Shown here one piece after another: positions 1-9,829 of a stretch of 64,000 nucleotides of DNA. The notes under the pieces were generated by a model. That model was not told where the DNA came from. It saw nothing but the letters and a program-made list of their open reading frames with translations, and did not search any database. The stretch comes from Corallochytrium limacisporum Hawaii (lineage: Eukaryota > Protista > Pluriformea): positions 496,001 to 560,000 of the forward strand of contig PDIP01000003.1 of NCBI GenBank assembly GCA_002811645.1, read 5' to 3'. The position numbers and the translations under genes are program-made. How positions within the stretch are numbered: the stretch's first letter is position 1; every line of letters starts with the position of its first letter.

Positions 1-1241
1 AAAGGGGCCATAGGGACCAATTCTTCTTCTACTTCAGACACGGCGCATTTTTGGTACTGTCTAGTTTTTTACTAGCCATAGTGAACGGAGAAAAATGGCT
101 AGGGCGAGGATTCTCCAAGGCGAGTCACTATGGCATGCCCCATTTCTTGGTGCGTTCAGTACCAGTGTCAATTTCAATAGTAAATGTATGGCATTTTGTT
201 TCCATACTGAAAGTATAGTGGACGATTTTCGCGCCTTCGATTCAAAATTGGCCCGAGTGGCGGGCGGGTTCGAGGGGAGCACGATGAAGTGTGAAAGTTG
301 CGAACTTTTCACTTTGAGTAAACCAAGAGGATGGTCTGGAGCCCGTTTGGATGGTTGGGTCGATTGGCATTGATACAATATATACATGATAGATACCCTG
401 CCCAAGTACGATTGAATAGAATGCAGAATAAACGCCTAGAGTATAGTGTGTTTACTATTGGCATCTAAACTAGATAGCGAAGAGACCTATAGGGAAGAGG
501 TAGTTTTGATCCGGAATTTCGATCCCCTCCTCATGGTGCATTCCTGTTGCTTTGGGAGTGGCAGCAGAAGTTTTTTCACGAGTCAGCTGCTTTCAACCTA
601 CAATGTCTGGAAGAAAAAATTAAAAGCTACGAACGGGCGGATGAGAGGGGGGGCACTCGTGCAGGGATAGAATGTAGTCGGAGGGGAAGGTCAAATTTTC
701 TTGTACGTGATTAACTACTGAGTAGTTATAGTGAATGAGTACACAAATACTACCTAAACTCGTAGATCTCAGTACCTTTGCGTATTCGGAAGATGAGAGG
801 AGGCCACGCGTTTCATTGCGGTCATGCACCGGAGTGCAGAAACGAGGACAAGCGCAAACCGAAGGAGAGATACATCGCTCCTGCAGACTGATAAAACATT
901 GAAAAGAAAATTGCTAAATGCAGCGGGGGAAAATGAAGGTCACTGATTTCACAAATGATTGTTTTGCATACTAAATGTACTTCGAAAATAATGTAGTAAA
1001 GCGGAAAATGAACGGAGCAGAACGAGGAGGGAAAGAGGGGGGAAAGGGTTCCCCATGCCGTGCTCTACAGGGACATCGTAGAGGCCCAGCACAGGTGATC
1101 ACCCCTCGCACATGAACATGTCCTTTGCGGCAATTAGCACAAAGGTGCAGTAGTGAATATATAGGTTCACCAAAGGTGCGGTATTGGACGTCCATCCAGT
1201 CGCAGAGGGGGTACGGGGGTGGGCAAGCCGAGGAACAACTT

Positions 1242-1305
1242 TTTGGCGGCAGTTGCGATGCACACCCTGGTTCCCGCGAGACGCGTTGCACCGTGCTGGT
1301 ATAAG
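1242..1305 (+). promoter_or_regulatory. Putative HMGB core promoter: E2F-like TTTGGCGG (1242) and TTCCCGCG (1271), MCB-like ACGCGT (1281), TATA-like TATAAG (1300)
   Basis: Motifs read directly 80-145 nt upstream of the ATG; function inferred. Confidence 0.4.
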
Positions 1306-1385
1306 AAGGACAGTAGATCAGTAAATTAGCCCGCTTGTAGACAGTTTTGTTAGTATCTAAAATTTACTCAAAAAGACAATTCAAC

Positions 1386-1946
1386 ATGCCACCTAAATCC
1401 AAGAAGAAGGGCACGCCCAAGAAGGGCAAGAAGGAGCCCAAGATGAAGATGATCAAGAAGGACAAGAACGCCCCCAAGCGTGCCATGTCTGCCTTCATGT
1501 TCTTCGGTAACGATATCCGTCCTCAACTCCGTCAGGAATACCCCGACGCCAAGATCACCCAGATTGCTGCCATCCTTGGTCAGCGCTGGAAAGCTCTGCC
1601 TCAAAAGGATCGTGTCAAGTACGAGAAGATGGCTGCGGCCGACAAGGAGCGCTACCAGCAGGAGAAGGCCCACTACGTGCCACCTCCTAACTTGAAGAAG
1701 GGCAAGCGCAAGAAAGACCCTAACGCCCCCAAGCGCGCCATGTCTGCCTTCATGTACTACGCCAACGATGTGCGTGCCGTTCTGCGCCAGAAGCATCCCG
1801 ACCTGAAGATCACTCAGATTGCACAGATGATCGGTGAGCAGTGGCAAAACATGAATGAGAAGCAGCGCAAGACCTACGTTGAAAAGGCCGCCGCTGACAA
1901 GGCCCGCTACGATAAGGAACGCGCTGCCTACGTCAAGAGCAAGTAA
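1386..1946 (+). CDS. Two-box HMGB/Nhp6-like non-histone chromatin protein
   Basis: Two tandem HMG boxes (KDKNAPKRAMSAFMFF...LGQRWKAL...YEKMAAADKERY; KDPNAPKRAMSAFMYY...IGEQWQNM...YVEKAAADKARY) after a Lys-rich N-terminus. First ATG at 1386 (caacATG); strongly C/G-ending codons. Confidence 0.95.
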   Translation: MPPKSKKKGTPKKGKKEPKMKMIKKDKNAPKRAMSAFMFFGNDIRPQLRQEYPDAKITQIAAILGQRWKALPQKDRVKYEKMAAADKERYQQEKAHYVPPPNLKKGKRKKDPNAPKRAMSAFMYYANDVRAVLRQKHPDLKITQIAQMIGEQWQNMNEKQRKTYVEKAAADKARYDKERAAYVKSK

Positions 1947-2054
1947 GTAATTTCCCATCCATTTTGAATACATATTTACATTGTTCCCATCGGAGAATGT
2001 TACATTATCCTTATGTTCTTTATGGACTACACAGTTTTCACACCATGGCTAAAC

Positions 2055-2642
2055 TTACCTTTTCCGTTTCCCATACTTTGCTATCATACGTTCTGCTATC
2101 GATGGCTTGGCTTGGGTGTCGGTTCCTGTTTTCTTTGGCATCGATTTGGCTGCCGGCTTCAAAGGAATGTCAGACTGCTGTTTCCTCTGTCCGGTTTGCT
2201 TGCGATCCCTTGACGTGGACTGGCTCCGTTTGGCTGTGTAAGATGATGGTGGCCTTTGCTTGGTGTTTGCATTCTTCAGGTTTAAGAAGTCCACGGTCTC
2301 GATGGTGGTTACCGATGTCTTCGCCCCACCCTTGTGTTCACTAGACAGCGTCTTACTGATTCTTTTATCTTGAATGTCTATGCTGGTTTCACCTTCCTTG
2401 ATTCCTCGTTTCTCTTCAAGGATTTTTTGTACATTCTCCCTACGCTCAGCACGAGCCCGGGCCTTCTCGGCTTTTTCTTGTTTGAGAAGCTTTTCCTGTG
2501 CTTTCTTCCTCCGTTCGTCCTTTCGTTTACGGAATCCCAAAATAAAATCTCGTCTGGCAGCAGGATCGAATTCAACAGTAATTTTGGTCGATCGATTGAT
2601 GCGTCGCCCAGCTGGCTTCGTTTGTGGACGGTTCCGCCCCAT
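2055..2642 (-). CDS. NOL12: Nucleolar protein 12 / Rrp17 (Nop25 family)
   Basis: ITVEFDPAARRDFILGFRKRKDERRKKAQE matches the Nop25/Rrp17 N-terminal signature; basic coiled coil and Lys-rich tail. Confidence 0.88.
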   Translation of the reverse strand: MGRNRPQTKPAGRRINRSTKITVEFDPAARRDFILGFRKRKDERRKKAQEKLLKQEKAEKARARAERRENVQKILEEKRGIKEGETSIDIQDKRISKTLSSEHKGGAKTSVTTIETVDFLNLKNANTKQRPPSSYTAKRSQSTSRDRKQTGQRKQQSDIPLKPAAKSMPKKTGTDTQAKPSIAERMIAKYGKRKR

Positions 2643-3271
2643 TGTACTTCTCGATTATCATGTGACCCCTACGACCTCACATGCTTCAAAGCACCTATCA
2701 AGTGGTACTCACTGTCACAAGCTTAAACGAAATGTGAAGTCCAGTGCCATTTGCTTTGTACCCTACGTGTTCTCTTGGCGTGGGCCTTGTACTCATGGGA
2801 CTGACCCAAAGCCTGTCCATCTGGTGTCCAGCACGCACAGCGAGTACCGCTGACCCGCGCACACGCAGCTTGGAATCATGTTCCTCTGCGACGAAATCAA
2901 CAAATCTGCTCTTGATTGGTGGGTTTACATAGAAAATATACTGAAATCAAGCACCGGACTCTTCCTCCGCTTCACAGCCGGCTGGGACGCGGATGAAAAG
3001 ATCCAGTACTGAAAGACCGGGAAGGTCCACACACCCTCCTCCCCCAGCCCAGGGTCCATTTGCTGCCGGCCGCTACCTTGAATAATTTGCTTGGCGCACT
3101 TCCGCGCCGCATGGGTTGATAATAGATGCCACAGTGTCGGGGAGGTCGTTGGCTCATTGTCGCTGGTCTCCGAACGTAATGGTTTGCGGATGAATCCCAA
3201 GCCGTTATTCACGCGGGTACAGGGGCAAATAGGTAAGCTGAGGGGATTTGCTTGCCTGTAGGCCATACGTG

Positions 3272-3312
3272 CACACACACACACACGCACACACGCAGAC
3301 ACACACACACAC
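3272..3312. repeat. Imperfect (CA)n microsatellite
   Basis: cacacacacacacacgcacacacgcagacacacacacacac in the divergent intergenic region. Confidence 0.85.
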
Positions 3313-3575
3313 GCCAGAGAGCACACCGGCTCGGAAGCAGAGCGAAGTGTCAACCTACTGGCTCCGTGATATGCCGTACATAGCGGTTCCTTGGGGGTTG
3401 GCGACAATCGTTTGGGGTGCAGACCGACGGGCTGCCTATTTAAAGTTCTGCACCGCTGAATCGGATCTCTAGGAACCAGTTGTACGCTATGTGACGTGTA
3501 ATTGAATGACTCGTGCCGTTCGGACCTGTGTTATAGAGACCAGCATGGTAGGTCCGTGAACAAATATTTTTGAAT

Positions 3576-5054
3576 ATGGTCATAGCAAACAAAATTGAAC
3601 AGAATGCCACACGATGGGTGTCAGGTGTTGCCACTCGGATTGGCAAACAATTGGATGGGAACAAGGCTGCACAACGGGTCTTGTTCTCCGACTGGAATAA
3701 GTTCCGCGACAATTTTGTAAAGATTTGTGCGGACTGTCCACTAGGAGAAGAGTATGCGGTATATTTGAAAGAGCATGAAGAGGAATTTTACAACCTCTTC
3801 GTAGCGAAGGTACTTGGAAGCTTTCAAGAAGGACGGGATACTGAGCGTGCATTTGTTTCAGGAAAAATTCCCTTGGGCTTACGCAATGGGAGAAGTGCCC
3901 TTTATACACAGTCTAATGCATTGCTAACGTCACCAGCGGCTCGCAAGCGATTTCATCGAAGCCTTTGGCTGGGGCAGAAGCTCAAATCTTCTAGAGACAA
4001 TTGGGAAGGAAGGGAACTGCTAGATTCATGTGATACATTGAGTGAGGTGGTGAGCCCCTTCCTTCGCAGTGCACGGAGTGAAGACAACATGAGGGCAATG
4101 CTGACCGCATGTAATGAATGGCTGCAAAGACAGGATGAGGCCGAGGAAAAAGATGAAGGCACAAGCAAAGGGAGTGGATTCGTGACAGCCAAAGCGCTGC
4201 GCAAGATCTTGTACATTTTTGAAGCTGCACGGGCCCAATGGGCAAGGCAGGATCAGCTGGATCAGGGGACAATTCTGCAGCTAAGTAGTCTGTTGTCCTA
4301 TTATATAGAACGGGTACTAGCGTCTGCTAGCCGCAAGGAGGCGGAAATCCTCCCTGCTATCTTGGCCTTTACGACCAGGAATGATGTGTGGATGGCTGCA
4401 CGATCTCTCCTACAGATATCCTACGGTTCTGTTGAGAAGGTATGGCTAAAGGAAAAGGTACGGACGCCATTCCTCATGGTACTCACTTCAAACATCCGTC
4501 GCATGACCCCCTCAAACGACGAGGAAACTCTGTTGCGGCTGTGTTGTATCCTCGTAGCAAAGCTGATCATTGGCACCCCCGGGGCACCTAAGTCTGAGAT
4601 CGGGTTCGAGCCTATGTCAGCTGCAATGAAGCATACTCCGTCTCAGTCACTCATCGATATGATGAGCGAAAAGAGTGGGCTTGCGCTTCCTAGTAGTGCT
4701 CCCAGTGAGGTTGTTGAACAGTTGGTAGAGACCATGACGTGGTCTAGTTTAAGTGTGTTGCTGGATTTTGCAGGACACATGAGTGACATGGCCAACGAAG
4801 ACCAGGGAACCGTTTCAGACGGCCTTGGTGTGGACGCGGGCGACGATCTGGGTGTCATTATGGACACCCACGGTGCAGATTTAGAAGAAAACCATCCTAC
4901 CCGCCGGAAACATTCAGAGGAGGACGCTGAGGACGATGACGGTGAGGAACAAGATGAGATGGCCTTGGACGCCAGTGGAAACGGTGCAGACCAGACCATG
5001 ACGGCCGATGGCGAGAAAGTAGTAAAGAAACGCAAAACGCGTACAGCAAAATAA
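3576..5054 (+). CDS. Hypothetical alpha-helical protein with acidic tail and C-terminal basic NLS-like end
   Basis: ~490-aa open frame with protein-like composition, E/D-rich tail and KKRKTRTAK terminus; no family recognised. Confidence 0.75.
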   Translation: MVIANKIEQNATRWVSGVATRIGKQLDGNKAAQRVLFSDWNKFRDNFVKICADCPLGEEYAVYLKEHEEEFYNLFVAKVLGSFQEGRDTERAFVSGKIPLGLRNGRSALYTQSNALLTSPAARKRFHRSLWLGQKLKSSRDNWEGRELLDSCDTLSEVVSPFLRSARSEDNMRAMLTACNEWLQRQDEAEEKDEGTSKGSGFVTAKALRKILYIFEAARAQWARQDQLDQGTILQLSSLLSYYIERVLASASRKEAEILPAILAFTTRNDVWMAARSLLQISYGSVEKVWLKEKVRTPFLMVLTSNIRRMTPSNDEETLLRLCCILVAKLIIGTPGAPKSEIGFEPMSAAMKHTPSQSLIDMMSEKSGLALPSSAPSEVVEQLVETMTWSSLSVLLDFAGHMSDMANEDQGTVSDGLGVDAGDDLGVIMDTHGADLEENHPTRRKHSEEDAEDDDGEEQDEMALDASGNGADQTMTADGEKVVKKRKTRTAK

Positions 5055-5094
5055 ACGGAACATACATTTATGTTTTAAATAACCACCTTTTTCT

Positions 5095-5961
5095 TTAGTC
5101 ACTTGTTTCAGGGTTCCTGACCTTCCTGGGCCTGCCCCGTTTCTTCGGTTTGGCGGCAGCAGACTCATGGCGTTGCTTGTCAACGGTACGCGCATCTTCG
5201 TCCGATCTCGGACTTTTGGGCTTGCGACCACGGGTAGCTCTCTTCGGGTTCTCCACGTCCGCCGTCGGAGGATTTGGTAAATCAGGGCCCACTCCTACCA
5301 GTTCTTCTTCGCTCTCTTTCTTCTTGCTTGCCCTTTTCTTTGTCGACTTAGTTGTCTTGCTCTCACCTTTTGTCGTCCTTGTCCGTTTCGTCATCTTCTT
5401 CCGCGTGCCTAAACGAACGTCAATTTCGTAGTCTCGCTGCGCCTGTGGCTTAGGATATCGCATAAGAAGGTAACCGGCTATTGTTTTCATTGCAATAAGT
5501 GAGCCAAATTGCCGATCGAAGTACCGGACGGCTTCTTCCTTGTCAAAGGTTGGTTCCAGCGCGATCTGCTTCTCCAAAATTTCTGATTTTGTCGTCGCCC
5601 AGTTAAAGTTAACAGCCCGCAACCATTCGTCGACTGTGTGTAGCGACCGGATGCCGGAATGCTTGAACTTTCTACGATGCTCCGAGGGTGCTAAGATCTC
5701 CTCAAGCTCGATCCTATCGGACTCTTTGAGGGATTTACCTTGGGGTGCTGGCGGAGGATCATTCTCTACTCCTTTCTTAGATTGTTTTCTGCTCTCCCGA
5801 AGCTTTACTCCTTTGCGTGACTCACTCTCTTGAACTTTGTTATCATCTTCGACGCCGTCAAAAATGTCACTTAGTGACACCATACCACGTTGTCTCCCTT
5901 GTCGAGGCGCTCCCACTCTGGGCCACCATGGACCAGACCGGATCAGTGCACGCCGTATCAT
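5095..5961 (-). CDS. Hypothetical basic protein with mitochondrial-like presequence and C-terminal AT-hook
   Basis: 288-aa ORF; Arg-rich, acid-free N-terminus (MIRRALIRSGPWWPRV...); KKRGRPRK AT-hook near the C-terminus. Confidence 0.7.
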   Translation of the reverse strand: MIRRALIRSGPWWPRVGAPRQGRQRGMVSLSDIFDGVEDDNKVQESESRKGVKLRESRKQSKKGVENDPPPAPQGKSLKESDRIELEEILAPSEHRRKFKHSGIRSLHTVDEWLRAVNFNWATTKSEILEKQIALEPTFDKEEAVRYFDRQFGSLIAMKTIAGYLLMRYPKPQAQRDYEIDVRLGTRKKMTKRTRTTKGESKTTKSTKKRASKKKESEEELVGVGPDLPNPPTADVENPKRATRGRKPKSPRSDEDARTVDKQRHESAAAKPKKRGRPRKVRNPETSD

Positions 5962-6235
5962 GACGCTCCTTGTTTTCTCATCGTACTCTGTGTTCGATTA
6001 CAAGCGACCTTGCGACTTCTTCCACAGTTGAAGATTGAAGTACCTAGTCTTCAGAAGTACCCGGTCGGAGCAAAATGCAGGCTATGACCTCCTCCGATAA
6101 CAATTTTTGGGCAATGTGTATATCAATAATATACTAAGAAAATATACTGAATATCATATATTTTTATTGATTATAAAGGTGACAGCATTTTCTTCCTTTT
6201 GGCGGGCGAGGCAGTCAGAGGTACGGCAAGAAACC

Positions 6236-7867
6236 TTAGGAAATCATCTGGTCTGCCGCCTCCACCTCCTTCGGGGCACTCTTAAGGATAGAGCTAACAT
6301 TGTACTCACCCTTCAGATTCAGAACGTAGTTACCGTACTTCTCAAAGTCATCCATGTCGAGATAGATGTTTGCGGAAATGCGAGTGAACAGGGTTGGCTT
6401 GCCCTTGTAGTCCAGAACCTTAACAAAGGCAGTAAACGAGTTCTTCAGCAGATAGACAGACAAAGCCTGCGCTTCTGAAGCTTCACCGACATCATCCACA
6501 TCGGGCAGGCGCACATGGCGCATATTGATCAGAGGTTGATCGCAATCCACATACGCTACTTCGGTTCCCCACATCTCAGCCAGACGATGAGCAGCTTTGT
6601 CGGCGAGTTCAGTGTTATACTTGTGCAATTTCTTGAACCCGCCGCAGACCTTGTCCATGAACTCCAACGACTGCATAGTGGCCAGGATGGGGCTGAAGTC
6701 GATAAGACCAGTGTACATGAACTCCTTCCAGTATCCCTGCTTCCAGAAGTAAGGTACAGTAAGAGGAGTGATGTACTTGTGCCATTCGTTCTTGACCACC
6801 AAGAAAGCGACTCCCTGACATGTGTACAGCCATTTGTGACAAGTGCCCACGTAGAAATCAGCGTTGATATCCGAAACATTGAAACTGGCCAACTGTCCCG
6901 GGGCCTGAGCACCGTCACAAAGGACGGCAATTGAGTGCTTATGGAAGAGCTGAATTAGCTTCTTGGCGGGCATCACGTATGCAGTAGCACTGGTGATATG
7001 GTTAAAGATGGCCATGCGAGGCTTCACATCCATCTCCTCGAGCTTCTTGGTTGTGACGTCTATGATGTGTTGGTGATTGCAAGGCAGGTCAATCTTGACC
7101 TCCACGACTTCCACACCGTAGCGCTCCTCAATGTAGTGCACCGCGTTCTTGTTGGCATCATACTCTAGGCTGTACATGAAGATGACGTCACCCGGCTTCC
7201 AGACAATGGCCTTCAGGACCGTAGAGACGGCAGCATTTGCATTGGGCATGAACTGGAAGTTCTCAGGATCAGCGCCTAGGAATGCAGCCATCTTAGAGCT
7301 CGCCTTTTGCTGCAGAGGAGTGAGGTCCTTGAAGCGAAAACGGACGGGCTCATTCTGAATTTTCATCTCCCACTGATGACGGGCGGCCAGAACGGGTAGA
7401 GGGGTCGCGCCATAGCTACCATGATTCAAGGGAGTGCTGTTGGGGTCCAGAGTGAAGTGCTTCTGACGCATTTCCTTACCAAATGGTACGGGACCAGGCT
7501 TACTCCAATCAATGGTAACATGATCGACACCAGCTAAGCTGCCGGTGACGTTCCACAGGGCCGCCTTGGCGCGAGCTTCGACAGAGTTCTCTATGACCTC
7601 GTAGTTCGTAGCCTCCTTGACACGGTTGCCCAGGCTGCCCAGACCACCGAGCTCATCATTCATGGCCTCGCGGTTCTTGGCCTCGTACTCCTCCCGCCGT
7701 TTGATCGCATCCTTCTCGCGTTGGGTGAGCTCCTCAGCCTGTTGGCCAGCAGCTTCCAGCTGCTTCGTCAACTTAGAAGTTTTCTCTTGCTCCTCAGTGA
7801 GGAGCTGCCGAACTTCATTCAGTTCGGACTGAGTAATCTGTGCCTGCTTCGAGCCTCCGCAACCCAT
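6236..7867 (-). CDS. PLP-dependent class V enzyme (isopenicillin-N-epimerase/L-cysteine desulfhydrase/Egt2-like) with N-terminal dual-acylation motif and coiled coil
   Basis: LNHGSYGATP, DGAQAPG and DFYVGTCHKWLY (PLP lysine) motifs; starts MGCGGSK, then ~70 aa of coiled coil. Confidence 0.9.
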   Translation of the reverse strand: MGCGGSKQAQITQSELNEVRQLLTEEQEKTSKLTKQLEAAGQQAEELTQREKDAIKRREEYEAKNREAMNDELGGLGSLGNRVKEATNYEVIENSVEARAKAALWNVTGSLAGVDHVTIDWSKPGPVPFGKEMRQKHFTLDPNSTPLNHGSYGATPLPVLAARHQWEMKIQNEPVRFRFKDLTPLQQKASSKMAAFLGADPENFQFMPNANAAVSTVLKAIVWKPGDVIFMYSLEYDANKNAVHYIEERYGVEVVEVKIDLPCNHQHIIDVTTKKLEEMDVKPRMAIFNHITSATAYVMPAKKLIQLFHKHSIAVLCDGAQAPGQLASFNVSDINADFYVGTCHKWLYTCQGVAFLVVKNEWHKYITPLTVPYFWKQGYWKEFMYTGLIDFSPILATMQSLEFMDKVCGGFKKLHKYNTELADKAAHRLAEMWGTEVAYVDCDQPLINMRHVRLPDVDDVGEASEAQALSVYLLKNSFTAFVKVLDYKGKPTLFTRISANIYLDMDDFEKYGNYVLNLKGEYNVSSILKSAPKEVEAADQMIS

Positions 7868-9494
7868 GTTTGCTTGTAGTTAGAGTAGTCTATCTCAAGG
7901 ATTAACTTCATAAGCACTAAACGCTATTGCTAACAGACATCTACCTTTGTCTGTCTTGTAGCTGGCTGTGTACTACGCAGAGGTGTGCGCATCGGATACA
8001 TCGAACCCTCAAAGCCTGTCACCTAGACATCCACATGAACCGTTGCTCGTTTCGCGCAGTTGACCAGATTAAGATCCAAAAGCACAAGCGGCCGTTCCAA
8101 ACAGATCCGCGTTCTCTGACTTACACGTCTTTCGGTACCGCGGGTTCTATATCGGCCATATTTCCCAAAGGCATAGACCAAGTCTTTTGTGCCATAACAT
8201 TCCGTGATCTTATCGACAAAGTTCTCCTCCTCCCCCGCTCCCCGTGTGCCGTGAGCCAGCTGGGTGTGTATGCATCGGCTTCTTCGCCATATTCGTACTT
8301 TTCTTTCCAAAACCGTCGAAATATTCTGCGTGGTGGGGCATAGAAGCCCATCAAACTCATGTGAGGGCAATAACCCTCACACTGCGCTCAGTGAGTGTTA
8401 GTATTGCTCCCCTGAGTACGTGTGGATGTGTGGCCCAGACCATGTTTGATAAGAGCAGACCGGCACGTAAAAACCATTCGGTGTGTCCCAGCACACACCC
8501 GTCACCACCAGATCATACTACATGCATCTCTTGGTTTGTTCATCGCCGTCTATCTTGTTCCCGGCGCATTCTGTATTGCTCGTCTATCGCGAGCCCGCAC
8601 CCAATGAAGATTGATGTTAATATGCTCCGCAAGATATCCAGATATACAATAGTGCCCGGGCTATCGACAAATCTTGTTCGGACGGTGGGTCCGTCCCAAG
8701 AGTACTCCACGCATCCCCAAAGGGTGCCAATCCTTTACCATTTTTTGCTTTCTTTTCTGTTCTGTCTCTGGGTGTGTGTGTGTTTACTTGCTTGCATACC
8801 CGGCTTCGCGCAATGGTAAGGAAAAGCAATTCAGCGGGCAGACTTCCCAAGAACGAAAGGCGTACGTGTGTTGTTCTCGGTTGGTTGGGTACACACATTG
8901 AGACAATGAGCCCGCCTCACAAATCTAAACACCTTCGGTCACTTTCCTTCCCCTCCTCCCTCCCCACTACAACCCGCCCTCTCGCTTTTCGTCTCTTGTC
9001 CAGGGCACCAGCGGTGTTCCGCAGGGTCAGCTCCCCTCGAATTTGTTCGCCCAATTTCGAATACCGTCCCGGATGTGAAGCGAAGGCGGGACAGACAAAC
9101 AAAGGATCGTTTTTCTCTCATCAACTTTTCCTGTGGCCTTTTTGCCGCCTGTGGTGTGCACCACCACGGTACCCAATGTACGGGCAGCAATAATGAAGCA
9201 GACACCTTGTCCTCCCACTACGGGACGGGTGAAACTGTATTATTGATCATATTTATATTGATCAATTAAACTCGGGGAAGGGGAGGGAGCTTTTTCTACT
9301 GCAGCCCTGCGAACTCACGCGGGTGGGTGGCTGCTGCGATACCAAGACTGTCACATACTTAAAGTTCAATAGCGTCAGGTACTTTGCGAACTGTAGATTT
9401 TGTTCTGCTGAGCCTGTGTCACCCGAAGTAAATGTCCTGTTGAAGTGTGACCATGGCAGACAATTGAATAAGAGAACAGCGTATTAAATCCAGC

Positions 9495-9713
9495 ATGGAC
9501 AACAAACTTCCGCCTGGGAAGGCATACAGCTTCCACTACATTCCTCTGCGGTTTCGCCTTTGGGTGCTGTTTGGATCTACTGTAGGGTTGATTGCAGGAT
9601 TCCATGTTTCCAACGCCTTAGAGCTGAAGGAGAAAAATCGCCATTTAGATATCCTATTTGATGAGATCGACAAGCGGAGAGAGCTTCGCAGGTTGAAGCG
9701 AGAATCAGGCTGA
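9495..9713 (+). CDS. Small single-pass membrane protein (72 aa), unknown function
   Basis: ATG in cagcATGg context, one hydrophobic segment (LWVLFGSTVGLIAGFHV), charged helical C-terminus; fills the space convergent with pyruvate kinase. Confidence 0.6.
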   Translation: MDNKLPPGKAYSFHYIPLRFRLWVLFGSTVGLIAGFHVSNALELKEKNRHLDILFDEIDKRRELRRLKRESG

Positions 9714-9829
9714 CGTCAGTTAGGTAAAGAAAACTAAAGAATTTTACATGTTTTGGTACTGAATACTGTTGCTGTGGAGTATGTGTATTTTTCAATTGAA
9801 CTGTGAACAAAATAAGAGTCCTTCCCTGT

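Noticed and set aside
8023-8370. Short minus-strand ORFs upstream of the PLP enzyme
   Set aside because: No recognisable homology or codon bias; probably leader or intergenic sequence.
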